Assembly (NCBI GenBank): GCA_002633005.1
Contig: NMRA01000270.1
Location: 332,345-396,344, forward strand
Reading direction: 5' to 3'
DNA: 64,000 nt
Source: Phoronis australis
Taxonomy: Eukaryota; Animalia; Phoronida
In this document: positions 24,426 to 39,000 of the stretch, in pieces
How the letters are laid out: each line of letters starts with the position of its first letter
Position numbering within the stretch: position 1 is the stretch's first letter
Program-made: the position numbers and the translations under genes
The notes under the pieces: model-generated
What the model was told of the DNA's origin: nothing
The model's database searches: none
The model's input: the letters and a program-made list of their open reading frames with translations, nothing else

Positions 24426-25539
24426 TCATGACACCTGTATTATCTCCAGGCTCCCGTGTAATGAGTTATGACTCCCCCCTGATGAGATACTGCTGCTACT
24501 CAGATGCGGGTCGGACAACCCCCTACACCGACACTTCACCACTTCCGACAACCCACTGTAGAAGTCACTAGTCCCTCCACCCCCTCGTCCCATGTGACAA
24601 TGTCCTGTGCAACTGCTACATGTCGTCATGGAGAAACTCTCATCACCGGGGGATTGTAGTATATTTTCCAGGCTTCGAGACTTACGGTTCTTCTCGACAT
24701 TACCCAAATGAACGCCCCTTCCGAGGGTGTTTTCTAGTGGTAATGCATTTCCCTGAGATTTTTCTAGTTTCATACATGTGTAACTACTGCTGTGAGGCAA
24801 GCAACCAGAGTTCAATGTAGTCTTGGTCGAGACACAGTCTTGGCTGTCCGACGACTCCATTTCCAATACAGGGTATGATGAGAATGCTATACTGTTTGGC
24901 CTCACTAGAGGGCGCTTTGCTCGCACCTCTGGCGAACGCATGATTACTTCGGCGCTTCCCTGACTCGTATTCTGATTAAAGTCCGCTTCCGCATTTTTCA
25001 GTCTGGTCTCTGAGCAACCTAAACTGAGGGGCCTCTTTGTACCCTTCGACGGTACCTCATCCTGTGTCCTTGGCAACGATGTGTCATCATGAGCTACACA
25101 CGGTGTAAAGTTCAATTTATCTAAAGTTGTCATGGGAAAACGGCCGGTAAAGGGGTCCTTGTCTGAACTCGGACTCTCAGACGTCACGTTGAAGTTCAAC
25201 TTGGCCAATGCCGTCGTCGGCGATTGAGCCGCTGTCTGAACAGTCGTGGCCGGGAGGTTAAGACTGAACTTGGGAAGGCTGCGGACACCCTTCACATGCG
25301 TTCGGGACGAGTCTTTAACAGAATCAAAACAAAATGGTCGCACAGCGTCGGACGCGCCGACAGACTCCCCCAAAAGCCGCGGTGATGTCAGAGGGTTGTC
25401 CAGTATACTCTGTAGCACGGCCGCAGACTTGCTCGATCCTGACACTTCCTTGGAACCGTTCAATTCCTTCTCATATTCCAGGAGTTGACCCAGAAAGTTG
25501 AAGTTGGGCGATATTGTGGGCCGCTTCTCTTTGACATAC
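24426..25539 (-). CDS. DUSP16: DUSP8/16 last coding exon (end of DSP + Ser-rich tail)
   Basis: cttcag| (R)YVKEKRPTISPNFNFLGQLLEYE...SHNSLHGSLEIIQVS, stop TGA; 1114-nt open exon. Confidence 0.95.
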
Positions 25540-28500
25540 CTGAAGTAATTACAACTCATTCACAAAGCTGGCCAAAGAACAGTGCAGGTATGAAACAAAA
25601 GAGTGGAAATATTCAACAATCAATAGGCGCACAGTGGGTTTGGTATTTGACAATTAACAAACATGCTAAGTTTACTAGAGGACCCACAGTAATGAATTTC
25701 AACTCCGTTGCTTTGTTAATAGCAATGGTTCAATAGAGAGAATTCAAAAAACAAATGGTTGGACGTTAAATTGAATATAACAGTTACTCGCACTAGAAAC
25801 AGAAATTAACAATTTTCCACTTTAACAAGTACAATATTACATATTGCCAACATAAACGAAACAAATTTTGAAGAGTCTTTCTCCATTAACTCAAACTTTC
25901 TCAAACTGCAGAGCAGTGGTAGATCTTACCTGTATGCCTCGTCCATACTCATGTTCAGGTGTGTCATCAGGTAAGCTATAGCCAGAGTGGGTGACCGGGA
26001 TATACCAGCGACACAATGAATGATGACACAACCATTGGCTTCACGCACCTTCTCTGGAAGAACAAACATACAGACATGAAGAACACAGAAGACTGACAAG
26101 AGTAATTTCACAAACACGACTTGATAACTAACACTACTCTAATTAATGTCAAGACAGCTATAACCCCATGGCAGAAGTATTAATGATTAGAATGCAGCCA
26201 TATTAATTATCTGAAAGTTGATCAATAGATGGCTCTCACCACAAGCTAGAGCATGACTAATAACTATGCCTTAGGGAGGAAGTTGTCTGTTTTCATAGAA
26301 ATTAACATACACAAAGGTAGCCTATTACTCTCAGTATGAGTCTCTAATTAGGTGCGTGTGCAATTAATAAGGATAATGCGTGGGCTTAAATTACCTGGAA
26401 AACTGCACAAAAGACAACTTGTTCCATCATTTAGACGTACAGTTTGCTAACCAACAATACATCATGCTTAGCACTTACAAAGGAAACTAACGGGGACCTT
26501 AATTACAAGATTGGAGTTGAAGCTAGAGAAAGAGCGGAACACAAACGAGGGTTCCAATCAGTTGTTGCAAAATATTTCACCTTCGAGACAGCCATTTGCA
26601 GAAACACCTATATTATTATTGTTACCATTGTTTAGAGTAGAATTGTTTTGAATCTCAGCAACAGCTCGATTAAAACAACATATTTCCAGGCACAGTAACC
26701 ACACCAGTAGTTCTATAAACGAAAGGTGAAAACTACAAACAGTAAGAGTCCTTAATTTCTCTTCGCCAATTTTTATCAGAATGTTTATTTTGATCTACCT
26801 ACACTTCTATCGTTACTTATTCATGGTTTGTTTCCACGACGATGCCACCGTGTAACACAAAAAAAGCACAAAAATGAATGTCATCCGTGCCAAAAACTAA
26901 ATTATTCATGTCATGCCGACCCACATCAAAGAATGCCCAGGCTCCGAAGCGTATCGTGTCCAACGTGCGTACTTCATGGGCAACCCGATGGTGCAGCCAC
27001 GTGCCCACGTAATGAAGCCTGTTTACTGGAGTACACAACTATGACTCATGCTTCAACCGAGGATCAATACCATAACCTTCCATTTATTATAAATAATACA
27101 TGCCTTCCTACCTCATGCCACGGCGAAAACGTTTCTTCTTGTTGTGACACTACAGGAGGGTGACTTTGAAGGAGATTCCCAACCACGTTCCCATTTTATT
27201 TTTAAAAAGTGCCAAGCTACACAGTATTTGGTTTACGTCAGGTGCCTCAACTATGTTTAAACACCACAAAATTTACAACTAATAATATACAATACCGGAA
27301 AAGTCAACAGTAACCCCGTTTTGATAATTTATTCCCCTAAAATCTAATTTTTTATTATTTTTGAAAATCTATCATCTCCAAACACAATTTTCAGTAATGA
27401 CCACTAATGACCATGCGCAGTATAAACCTTACCTATGAACTGGAATGCCTGATGGAAATATGGGAGTAGCTTAGCGCAGTAGTTGTCATTGACGGGAATG
27501 CGAAGGAAGTGGCTGTCTTGAACATGACTCGGCTTGGGCGAAGATATACTCACGTTGAGTACGTAGCCGATACCGTTCACCTAGCAAAAACACAGGGAAT
27601 GGTTAAAAACCATGGAAACTTAGAGGTGGTATGCGGATAGACAGTCAAACACTTCTCTCATTACTTAGGCTGTGACCACAAGAACGCTGAACACTTTTTT
27701 TAAAATAAAAGGACACAGAATCAATCCTGAAAAGACTTGACAGGGCGTAAAAATACAATCTCATTATCAGATAAATGAAGCAAGAGATATTGCATCAGGT
27801 GACATACTGTAGAGCAAGACAGAATATTTAATTCAAAAAAATTTCTATCTTTTCCCTGAGAAACTGAAATGAAACAGTGAAAAGTTGGCAGTTAACAGTT
27901 TTCTATAAAAATTTTGCCTGAAGTGAACCTGCTTGTGATGTGAACATGATTCAAACAGTGACATCAAGTGATAAATTACAACAGCCTAATAGATACAACG
28001 GACGTTACGTTACTGAAGTATTAATGACATTATAACTTTGCCATTTGACGACTAGGTGTTTTAGTAAAATTAAGCTTCCGACAAATGTTTTTATATCGAA
28101 ATGAAAGCATTTATCAAAAAAAAAATCTTTGATGGATGTTTACAAGAGACCAACTTGAGTGATTTGACAAGAGATGTACTGTGAAAAGTGGCTTTATTCA
28201 GTATAGCCTGGGGGTAATACACTACATCCATGACTGACAATAGTAATAAAGCTGTCCATAAATCATTAGCTGTAGAGCGGATTAACGCTAGTAACAGTTT
28301 TCACAACTTGGCTCTAAAATACATTTAAATAACAACATCCAAGGTCAAAAAACAATAATCACTTTATGGCTTTTTTTACAAAACTCCCCTAGTCCTTGCT
28401 ACGATAAACATGTAACTCCCGAAGAGAGATATTCATTTCAGCGTCACATACAATATGTCTACATACAATATGTCTACGTCTTGTTTTGCCTGGGGCCTTA

Positions 28501-31500
28501 CAATCCTTCAATGAAATGACTTGTTGCTAGGAGTAGCCAAGAATCATGTTCTTTCAATTTGGTAAACAGGAGCAGACGCTGTTTAGTTGAAAAAATTCAA
28601 TTTTAAAACGTCACACCATTTCTGTTGATCACGGCTTCACAGTCACTTTCAAGCAGCTCATATCGATTAATGGTGGGGGAGAAGTCCTGGAGTATTTTCC
28701 TCAAAGCAGGGTAGAATCTTTTTTGACTAATGCTTACATCACATTAACCAGTTCATATACTTTACAAACCTGCCAATCAACTGTCCAAATCAGTGCTTTT
28801 TTACAAAGACGAGTCAATAATAATTTACCTCAGCTGTCTCCTTGGACAGAGCGTCCTGCTGTGAGCCCAGAAACAAGAAGGACAGTATTTTGGTCGGTCC
28901 CTCGCTGTTGGTCGCCGACAGACAGGGCTGAGAGACCGAGGTCAAGGTCATGGAGGTGGGGTTGTCTAGGTTCTGGGACTGGCACAGCTTGGGGTGGCTT
29001 GCCTGGAACTCGAGGAAGCCACCTGTAAGTATAGAAAGGTCGGTGAAACACTGAACAGATATAGGCATCACGGTGCAACAATGAACACAGGTAGGCTTCA
29101 CGGTGAAATAGTGAACACACATAGGTGTTCAGGTGAAACTTTGAACACAGGAAGGCATCACTGTGAAACAGTGAACAGTATTGTGGTCACAGTGAATACA
29201 GGTAAGCATCACTGTGAAACAATGAACACTGTAGGCATATCTGTGGAAATAATAAATAAACAGCTGTTACTGTGTGAATATTGATTCCATTCATACATGT
29301 CTTTTGCTTTTTTAAAGTGGGCCACCCACGAAACAAGTCTCAGGCTTTCCTGTGAAAATTTTTGTCATCATTTTGACCAATCAATCAATATCATTTATTG
29401 TACATCGTAGGCATTGCCTACACGTACATAACATGAAATGTATATTCAAAGTATTTACACAGAGATCAACCATAGCTATCTAGATATAGAATGCTCGGCA
29501 CTGGATACAGTCACGATTAAATATTATTTTATACTTTTTTTTGCCTAAGAATGATTTAAACAACCTCATTGGTTCACCGTATTCTTTGACGTATCATTAG
29601 TTCTAGAACAGCCTGAATGTCTGACTGCAATGACCAGTCTCATTGGACTGACTCACTTCACACATAGCTTGTTCATGTTGATTTATTCCTATTAATATCG
29701 ATACTGTTCTCAATTTTGCTTCATTGGAAATAGACACAAGATATTTTGCACGACTAATTCACAATCAAAATGAATGCATAACATCCCGTACTGGTTGAGT
29801 GCTTCATGTAAAAAACTTGCACGTGAAACATAGCTAATGTCATTGAAGAATGGCACACAGGTGATATTTCATTCAATTTAATAAGAAGAGGCAATAATTT
29901 TGATTCCAATTTACCGCAGCTTGTCAATAATTAAATAATCCAATGAGTGAAGTAACTGCGTAGTTACCCCACCATCAAGCCTATTGACAAAAGCTGGAAA
30001 TCAATCGACGAAGGCTGTTTTGTTTGTGCAATTGGTTTGTGCTCGTTGGCTCAGTTCTATAAATGTTCAATGGAAACCTGAACAAGTGTCCTTCACAGCA
30101 ATGAAGTAACCCAATAATGACACCAGGACAAACAGTTCACATCTCTTGCATTCCTTATCAATTTTCACAAGTTAGGAGTCTTTCTTTCAACGGAAATTAA
30201 ATAAACATTTTCTTGCCTCGCCTCTGCAGCTCTAAAATCTATTTCTCGGTTTACAACAACCCCTCGTTTCGGTCAGACGCATCTCTTGCAGTACTCAGGT
30301 GCGTTCTTTAGAAAAAATTGCTGGAAAAGGACCAACTGAAAAGCTGTGTCGATGCAAATAGAATAGAGGTTCGTGAAAACAGAATAGTTTTTAGATATGG
30401 TGTTACTGCATCACCAGCTTCAAGACACCAATAAATCTGTTTAATAAATACGGTGAATTTTTTGACAATTTTTTATCATAAATGCAGAGTAGTTTATTCT
30501 TTAATTTTAAAAATGTTTTCTGACGTTGAACTTCATAGAATTACTGAAAAACGTTTGTTTAACACTTCTACCACAAATGTAAATTAACACGTTCAACCTT
30601 CAGAACAGTGGGTTTGATTGACAGCAGAATTGAGGCCACGCCCACAAATAAAATTAAACATTCTCAATTTTTGAAGGAAGATAAGCAGCACAAAATTACT
30701 GTTTGTTCAGGTACTGTACTACAGTTAGCATTTGAACATTTTGAAAATTATGGGTATTCACAACACTTTCAAAAGCCCTTGAACAATGATGAAAGTCAGT
30801 TTTAGCTAATTATTTTTGTTCGAAATTAGTGATATTTAACCATATTTACTTCTACCTCTGGTTTTATGTAAAGCATTTTCAACAAAGTTCAACCTTTGGC
30901 TTTGGGTTCAAGCCACACAAAAACTAAAGCAGTTGAGAGGACAAAAAGATATAAATCTCCAGAGATTCGTCTTGAGCCGGGATCAACTGACTGTGACTTG
31001 CTATGACAACAAGATCGACTGGTCAACCCGCGCTAACACGTGCAATCCCGTGTTTACATCTCGGAGTCATCTTGCCCTCGAGGACTAACGGTCACCAGGG
31101 AATATGAAGAACATCCACCTAGATAACTAGAAATTAGGTTTGGCGCCAGACGGTGAGACCTTTGTTTTGTACTTAAGAAGAGTAAATGTATTATTAATTT
31201 ACAACTAACAACTGATATCAAATGATATCATGCAGTTGACTGGTTTGCTATTAGTTCTGGACGAGTACAGGGACACTGTGAGGTGCCATTAATAGTCAGT
31301 ACTCAAATAGCGCGAGATTAAACGACATGCGAAAGTAAGAAACAAGATGTTTTGCAAACATTTTGTTAAGCGTTTAATTAGCAACAGTTCACAAAAAGCT
31401 GTGACGTTTTAGTACTTTCCAGAGAACCTCACTTTAGAGGCAAATTTGGATCAACACAATTCAGAAGAGACTTTCAACAATACAAAGTACGTAATTTAAT

Positions 31501-33045
31501 GACAGATAAACATTGAGTACCGGTAATAAGTGTAACTTTGTATGTAGGGTACTGGTAGTCGTTTAGTAAAATAAACTGTTTAATTTATACATAGACAAGA
31601 CTGCAGTAAACACCCAACTGTACACATGATGAGACTGAACACAAGGTTGTTAATTCTACTGGGAGTGACGTCAACGAGCAACATGAATGAGCGGGGGAAA
31701 TGTTAAAGATCTAAACAGTTTGAAAGGTCAGGTGAATGAATGTCCAACACAAGATACCCAGGAAGATGCAACAGGAAACAATCTACCTTATCACGCAGTT
31801 GGAGAATCCGAGTTCAATTGTATGCGAGTTCACACCTTAGAGGCCTTATAAACGAGATGACTCCTCAACCTGAATCCAGCTGATATCAAAACCAGGCAAA
31901 TATAGCCAGCCCTTCCTCACCCGTATTTCTATATAAAACAATGACTTCAAAAATAGATCCAATAATAATAAAAAGTGAAGGCAGTGCCGTGAATGATCAG
32001 GTGAGCACAGCCGACTGCTCCAGGAGAACCCCAACTAAGGAACATGACACGGTCCAGTGATCTCTACACAGGTAAATGGCGCAGTTCAATGACTTCAGGT
32101 AATTAGGTGTGGCGCCAAGCCAGCGCTGATCAAGAACGGTGAAGATGGCAATTAATCCGAGTGAATGATAACGTAATCGACTTGTTTGAACAGTGCAGGA
32201 AATTGCACGTGGATTAGCTAGCAGGGGAAATGCAATGCATTAGATGAAAACAATGCACAGACAGACATATGTCGCCTGGCTGATGACTCAGCCTGCGCAA
32301 CAGGCAGGTAAAGCTTACCTTGAGAAAAAATACAGTATCCTTTTATTGCGCAACAATGTGGCACTGATGTATGGTAGGAATGATAATGAAGATGCCAAGG
32401 CTGCAGGTACCACTTAATTACCAGAACTGTTGTGAAATTGTGAGAAACTTTACAACTTGCACTATTGAACAGAAACTCTGTTTCATTCTCCATGAAAAAT
32501 CAGTGCATGCACGAAAAATTCAGGGAGCAGTTTAATTCTACAAAAAGCCAATATTGAATTTGTAACCAGTCAATCAATGCTGAATGATTGACCCACACTA
32601 TTGTGTGATTCAGGTTCACTACGAGGGATTACAAAATTCTGAAATTAGTGCAGAGAAGTACAAGAGCAATTGAAAGTTTATTTGAGTTTCTTCCATTTCC
32701 TGACAAGCTTGAGCTGAGTGGGGTGATCGATAATTCATTTTACTTGTTAACATGTTACGCAACTCTAGCTCTGTACATAGCATACCTGGCTCCATCATAA
32801 CAGTGATGTTGAGGGTCAATACAGTTATTGGAAACACTTCATGGAAGACGATTAATTCACACAGGTAATGTGAAACATCAAAGACAAAGGCTAGTACAGT
32901 ATCACACCTGTACAAGTAAGCAGGTGGTTCAGGAATCAGGGCTGACAAGGCGGTGTAGTGTTCATAACCTGTACAGTGGCAAACACACACACAGTGGCAA
33001 ACACGCACGCACTCGCACACGCACAACACAGGCACGCACGCACGC

Positions 33046-33076
<31 letters not shown>

Positions 33077-36000
33077 CACAAACACGCATGCATGCACGAA
33101 CACAAGCAACTATCAGTTGTGTTACTGACATGAATAAATACTCATGTCACAAAAAGACAAAGGGTGACATAGCTGGAAAAATATGGTATAGCGAAATCTC
33201 AACAATTTCCGACAAAAATAATTCCCAAAATTACTATTTTCATTTTTCAAGGGCTTCCAGTTCTGACATTGCTGTGAATTTTTTCAAACTATTGTCCAGT
33301 AGTAGCTCTGACATAGAGCTAAAGTCAAAGAAAAGGATTACTTTTAATGGAAAAACATGAGAAAATAAAATTTCACTTGTCACGTTGTGTCCTTTATTGG
33401 TGAGATTTTACTGTACTGACAAATGTAAAATGTCAGAAATGTTTGAGGCTCAAGTTGTCAGTAGAAAGCTATTTAACTGTTATGCGTATCTGAAAACAAG
33501 TCTAATCCCCCCAGTGCTATGCAACTTGGACCAAAATGCATGATAAATGAAAATGAAAACAACGCTTGTATTTTGCAAACACACAAAAACAGACAGCAGG
33601 ATCCCTAGATTTCTAAGTTAGTCACATCCACAGAGCCTAAAGATAGCCCACAAGCCCTGCCTCTCTCAATGTTTGTCTTCACTGGATGATGTTAATCCAA
33701 ATGGACACAACTGACCTTCCATTATGCTCTCAGAGCGCTGATGACTAATGCACTGTATATAGCCCAGCACAACAACAGCAGCAGTAGCCATGTGGCACTT
33801 CAACAGAATCTGGCCACTTTTCACAAACAAGCCAATAACAACATCCACTGAGCGGTGAATAACAATTTACCAACTGTGAAGCAAACAGCCTACATAACAC
33901 TTGCAAACTGACAATTTTCATTTGCCAACCAATCCACAACAAAGTGGCTGATTCAGAGGATACAACAATTTTTCAGGAACACGCTTCCTTCAAATTAATT
34001 TAAGATAAGTCAATTAAAATTAAGATGAAACCATTACCACAGAAAACAGGCCACTACCAGGTGATGTGGTAATACATATAATAAAATGCTATAATTCACA
34101 AGGGAATATTTTAGTTAAGCCTAAGGCATGCCATGAAATCGCATCACAGGGTCACACAACTGAACAAAGTAACCCATGAACATGTAGAGAAGTCCGTTAG
34201 TAAAATATTCACTGTTAACTCTCAATAATGATATTTTGTAAGAAATTTTTGCAACTCTAAGAATGTTGATAGCAGCCAAAGAATGTAATCATAATTTCCT
34301 TCTTTAACAAACAGCTCCCTGACATTCCAGAGATAATTAACCACCCTGCACCATTATTGTACACCTGAGTGAACACTGGCAATATGACTGGCACATTCCA
34401 GCCAGATTTTCCCAGCTGTCCACGCAGCTCAATTTCAGTTCATAAAACTCTTCAAAGAATTTTTCTCACATTTGAAATGGAATGTAACCGTCCTAGTATA
34501 GTCAACCAAATGACAGTCTCAAATTTTTTTAAGTGTGAAACATTGCTGCAAATAGTATTTTCAAAAACAAGTATTTTCAAAAACAAAATAAAAATCATTT
34601 TTCCCTTTACTACATCTGACCAAAATATTCTTTTAAAATTTTCACAAGTTCTCAATTTCCTGTTATTTTATTTTAACTTTTTAGAATCAAGAAATTAACC
34701 CAAAGCAGAGCAGATCTCTGCCAAGTCAATCCCCACCCCTAACCACGAACTATTCTATTAACACAGACTATCCTCCCCAGCCCATACAGTCACACATCCT
34801 AGGATCCCCCAGCTCACATTAGCCCTCCCCCCTGTATTAATCACTCAGATCCCATCTGGCGCACAACCACATCCTGGATCACAGTTCACACATGCACACA
34901 CAACCTGTGTGCGGACAGTGATGATGTCACATGGAGTCCTGCTGTGCAGTTACCCAATCTACAGGGACACCATAAGCCGTTCTCAGGGAAATAAGTGACC
35001 AGTTCTCTGGATGAGGTCATCCTACCAGACTTGTTTTGACAGCTATTTGCCAGAGCCAAACACTCCCATCCAGGAAACCCACCATTGGAACAAGCAAAAC
35101 AACAAACTTCTCAAAACTGTAAAAATATTTTGTTCATGTGGAAAAAAAACATTATATGACGTAGGGCACATGCAGACTATCCCGAACTGACTATTGCCAA
35201 AATATCAGTATATTCTTGTAACACATATCACTATACAATAATTGACTAATCTCCCTAGTCACCGTTTTTGTGGTAAGAACAGGTCATTAAAGTGTAGAAA
35301 AGGCTGATGTCATAGAATAGACATGTATAAATATAGTAGATGACTTTACCAGTCAGAACAGCCCATAAACCACAGAATCAGGAGATTTAGTTTACATTTA
35401 TAATACAAGATGAGCAAGATAATACTAATCGCCAGCCAGTGCTAACAATTCTTGGAAACCACCATCTGATCAGGATCGAACTTAAGTTTTTGGTATGAAA
35501 AAGATCTATTTTTCCCAACAATAAAAACAAGGTCTTAGCCAAGTTGTATACAGCGTACAACTACTTGCGTCAATTGATCAAATATCAAATATCATATATC
35601 AATGGGTGTTTAGGGTGGCCCTTAATCAACACCCATCCTAACTACTTTCATGAAAGAAACACTAGGTAATGAGTGACAATGCGCACCCAGTGAAGTCAAA
35701 CAAAACCTTTGGACCTAAACAACCATTTTTTGTCTGTCACCTGTCTAGTGTGATCCACAGTGACCCCGCGACCTTTAGATATCACAATATCACAACAGGC
35801 AGCAGCTGACTCATACCTTCAGCTCCGTCATGGCTACAGCCCAATGCAGGGTCTTCAACGATCAGCCGTGCAGCCAGGGAAACGGTAACGACCTGGCTCC
35901 TTTCGAAAAGGTGAATAACCTTGGTAAGAATCAATGTTTAATGCGCTGGCTGCATGCAGACAGCGCATAACATCGATATATACCTTTAGCCACCCTGTTT

Positions 36001-39000
36001 ACAGCCACAGGTGTAATACATGGCAATACCGTGTTTGTGTACATAAAGTGCAAAGACACATTAATAATCAGCACTAATTAGATTTGTTCTTCCCAACAAC
36101 GTACAAAAAGTCCTTAGTAACCATTTTGCAACCAAGCTATTCTGTACAAAAGTCTGGAAACCTTTAAATATACTGAGACTGCACTTATAACTCAATCAAG
36201 AAAACCTAGGTAAATAACAATCAATGAGTATAAATTTCTGAATGACAACTAAAAGCACTACATTACCTAATTTTCTGCGTCCTTTCCTCACATCCAACTT
36301 AAATCTTTTTAGTGGTCTCATAGTTTCAGTGAGCATTGTGTTCAAATGTGCCCACTTGCTATAAAATACTCCACAGAACTAAAGCCAAAGGCACCCTAAC
36401 TGGCTTGGCTGTGATGATATCATCGCTGGACCAGTCTATTCCAGTCCTAGCAGGGGAGGTTAGGTTTACACAGCAAATACCAACTCAGTTACTCATCAAA
36501 AAGCAGAGAATTCCTGGTCAATTTCACATGGCACATGTTGCTGGCTGCAGGGGTTAGATGGAACAAGTTCTGAGTGTATCTACAGATATTTGTAGTTTAC
36601 ACATATGGTCATGTTTAGTCAGGCAAACTGGGCTGGGTAGTTTGTGGTGGTCCTATTATACAAGGAAGTAGCAGAAGGTTGAAGACATGGGGACTTCCTT
36701 ATTCACCACTTGGGACAAGGGGGGGCTTGTGTTGGAATAAAGGAAAATCATTACGAAATACATGGGACGAGGCCAACTTTCACACTAACATAAAACAATA
36801 GAAAAAATATTAATTTCTAAGACTAAATATTTTTCACATATTATTATTTACATATTCCTGTAAAGACTAATTACTATTGTTCAAAGGTAAATAAATACAT
36901 CTAAGTCTCTATTGAAAAAACTTTGAAGTGTAGATTTAGCTTTTTTGATTATGATTTAGGCTACATAGTTTTGTACAGAGAATATAGTGCTGCATTATTT
37001 GGCAGTAAATACCTCAGAGAACAAGAGCTAATCGCAAATCACCTCATTCAAAGGGTAGTTTTGTTTACTAAACATGGAATAAGGCATTTGCCCTGGTCAC
37101 CATGTTTCTATGGTTACCAGGTCCAATTAGAGGACATGTAAACAATGAGTCATCCCACTGATGTGAATTTGGAACGAAAATGAAAACAAACAACACATTT
37201 ACCATTACACAGAAGGTCAGAGGTCACACAAGGAACTCTAAGCAACAACCTGATGGCTGGAGAAAGGTGAACTGTCAATTAGCATCAGAAGTGTGGAAAC
37301 TGCAAACGGCCATGTATTACAAAACCTTAGTTCACCAAATTAACTACGTTGCACAGAAAAGTCAACAAAAAGTCAAAAATTAACTTCAGTAATTCTTCAG
37401 ATCACAGTAATCTACTAGGAGGCATTAACATCAACAGTAATCTCAGCTTGTTCTTTCTTCACCTGTCTGCCAAACACCTGAGAAACAAGGAATGTCATTT
37501 TTTCAAATTTCTCAACAAAAATGGAAACTTTACTTAAGCGACAGTACCGACGCCCCTTGAGGGCATTGTTGGACAATTGGCTTTACTGGAATAACCAATA
37601 CATTGGAGCTTGTTTAGATATCCACTTTCAATTCCACGAAAAACCAAACAAGTGAGCCTCCACCGATCAGTTAAGTCCAAAATCTGGCTATAATTCTGGT
37701 TTGCGCTCTACAACTGCCGTAAACTGTTGACTCAGTAGCAATTTTACCATTTCATCACTGGTTTTCTGCCTATCTGTACAGCATCTGGAGTCAGATGTCA
37801 CAACAAGTTGTATCAAAGATAATGACAACCAAGCAAACAATCCATATGATAACACATATTTTAGTACAACATATTTACATGTCATCTTATAACATCTAAG
37901 AAAAGAGTGGGTTCATCATGCAGTGCTATAAGCATAACAGGAAGGTCCAAGGACAAATTTCAAGACAAAAGCAACACCTCGAGACAAAACCACGAAACCA
38001 CGAAATATCAATATACATTGACAAAATTCTCTTCAAGCCTCTTTGACACTTTTTTGTTCAATAGCTGGGTATCGTGCCAACCAACAATTATCGCCGGGAA
38101 CTGGCGATAACTTTTGAGAGAAAACCAGAGAGTCCAAGTTCAGATTTACTTGTCGAAAACTCTGTCCTTTTTGACATTCTTTGATTCTTTACTGTTGCAA
38201 CTAATTTATATTTAATCTTATTACCAGTGCAATATACTTGGCCACATGCTAAAAATCGTCCGTTGACAAGCCGCAACTTTTTTGTCATGTTTAGAACAAA
38301 AAATTTGAGAGGTGGATAATAGTTGTTTTAGCAGTATATTTACGGCATCCAATCTATTATTCAAAGGGAACATGTCGTTTAGTGTGCTTTATTTGTACAA
38401 GTAAATAGAAACTGGGTGAGCATTCTATTAAAGGGTTACTACCAATATGCCTTTGGTGTCTACATGCGACACTGCTTAGTTGTCAAAAAGACCAGGGCAT
38501 TATTGTAAGTTTTCCCATGGGTCGACACTCCCCTAAACACCAATGCCTTAAGATAACAGGGCAAGGGGAGGATAGGTTAAAAAGGAGGACTTTTACAACT
38601 GCAATCCAATAGTTGTTAAAGCAAAAGGGCGAAACATACCAGGGATATTTGAGGTCATGGTCAGCCAGACTAACACATACCTCAGCCACAGTCACAGCCA
38701 TGCCTGTGACTAATGACGTAGTCCCTAACTTGGAGTGAACAGTTACAAGGTCAATAAACCTTTTTTCTTTTGACTGTTGAGAAGTACGTAGCTGTTCGGT
38801 GGCACATACCATTAACTTCTGTATAGTACAAGGCGGTTGGCTACAATAGCTCAGGTGAAGCCCACATTATTCACAGAATGACTGCTCTTTGTCTAGACTC
38901 TGCAATGATTACCCTGATAATTTGCATTCAAAACTTTAAAAAAAATGAAAACAACGCTGGAAAATTTTCATCTGGAGATAGCATCGGTAGGGCAAGCACA

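Noticed and set aside
32619-33133. 170-aa and 101-aa ORFs rich in C/V or H/T
   Set aside because: They are translations of the (CA)n microsatellite.
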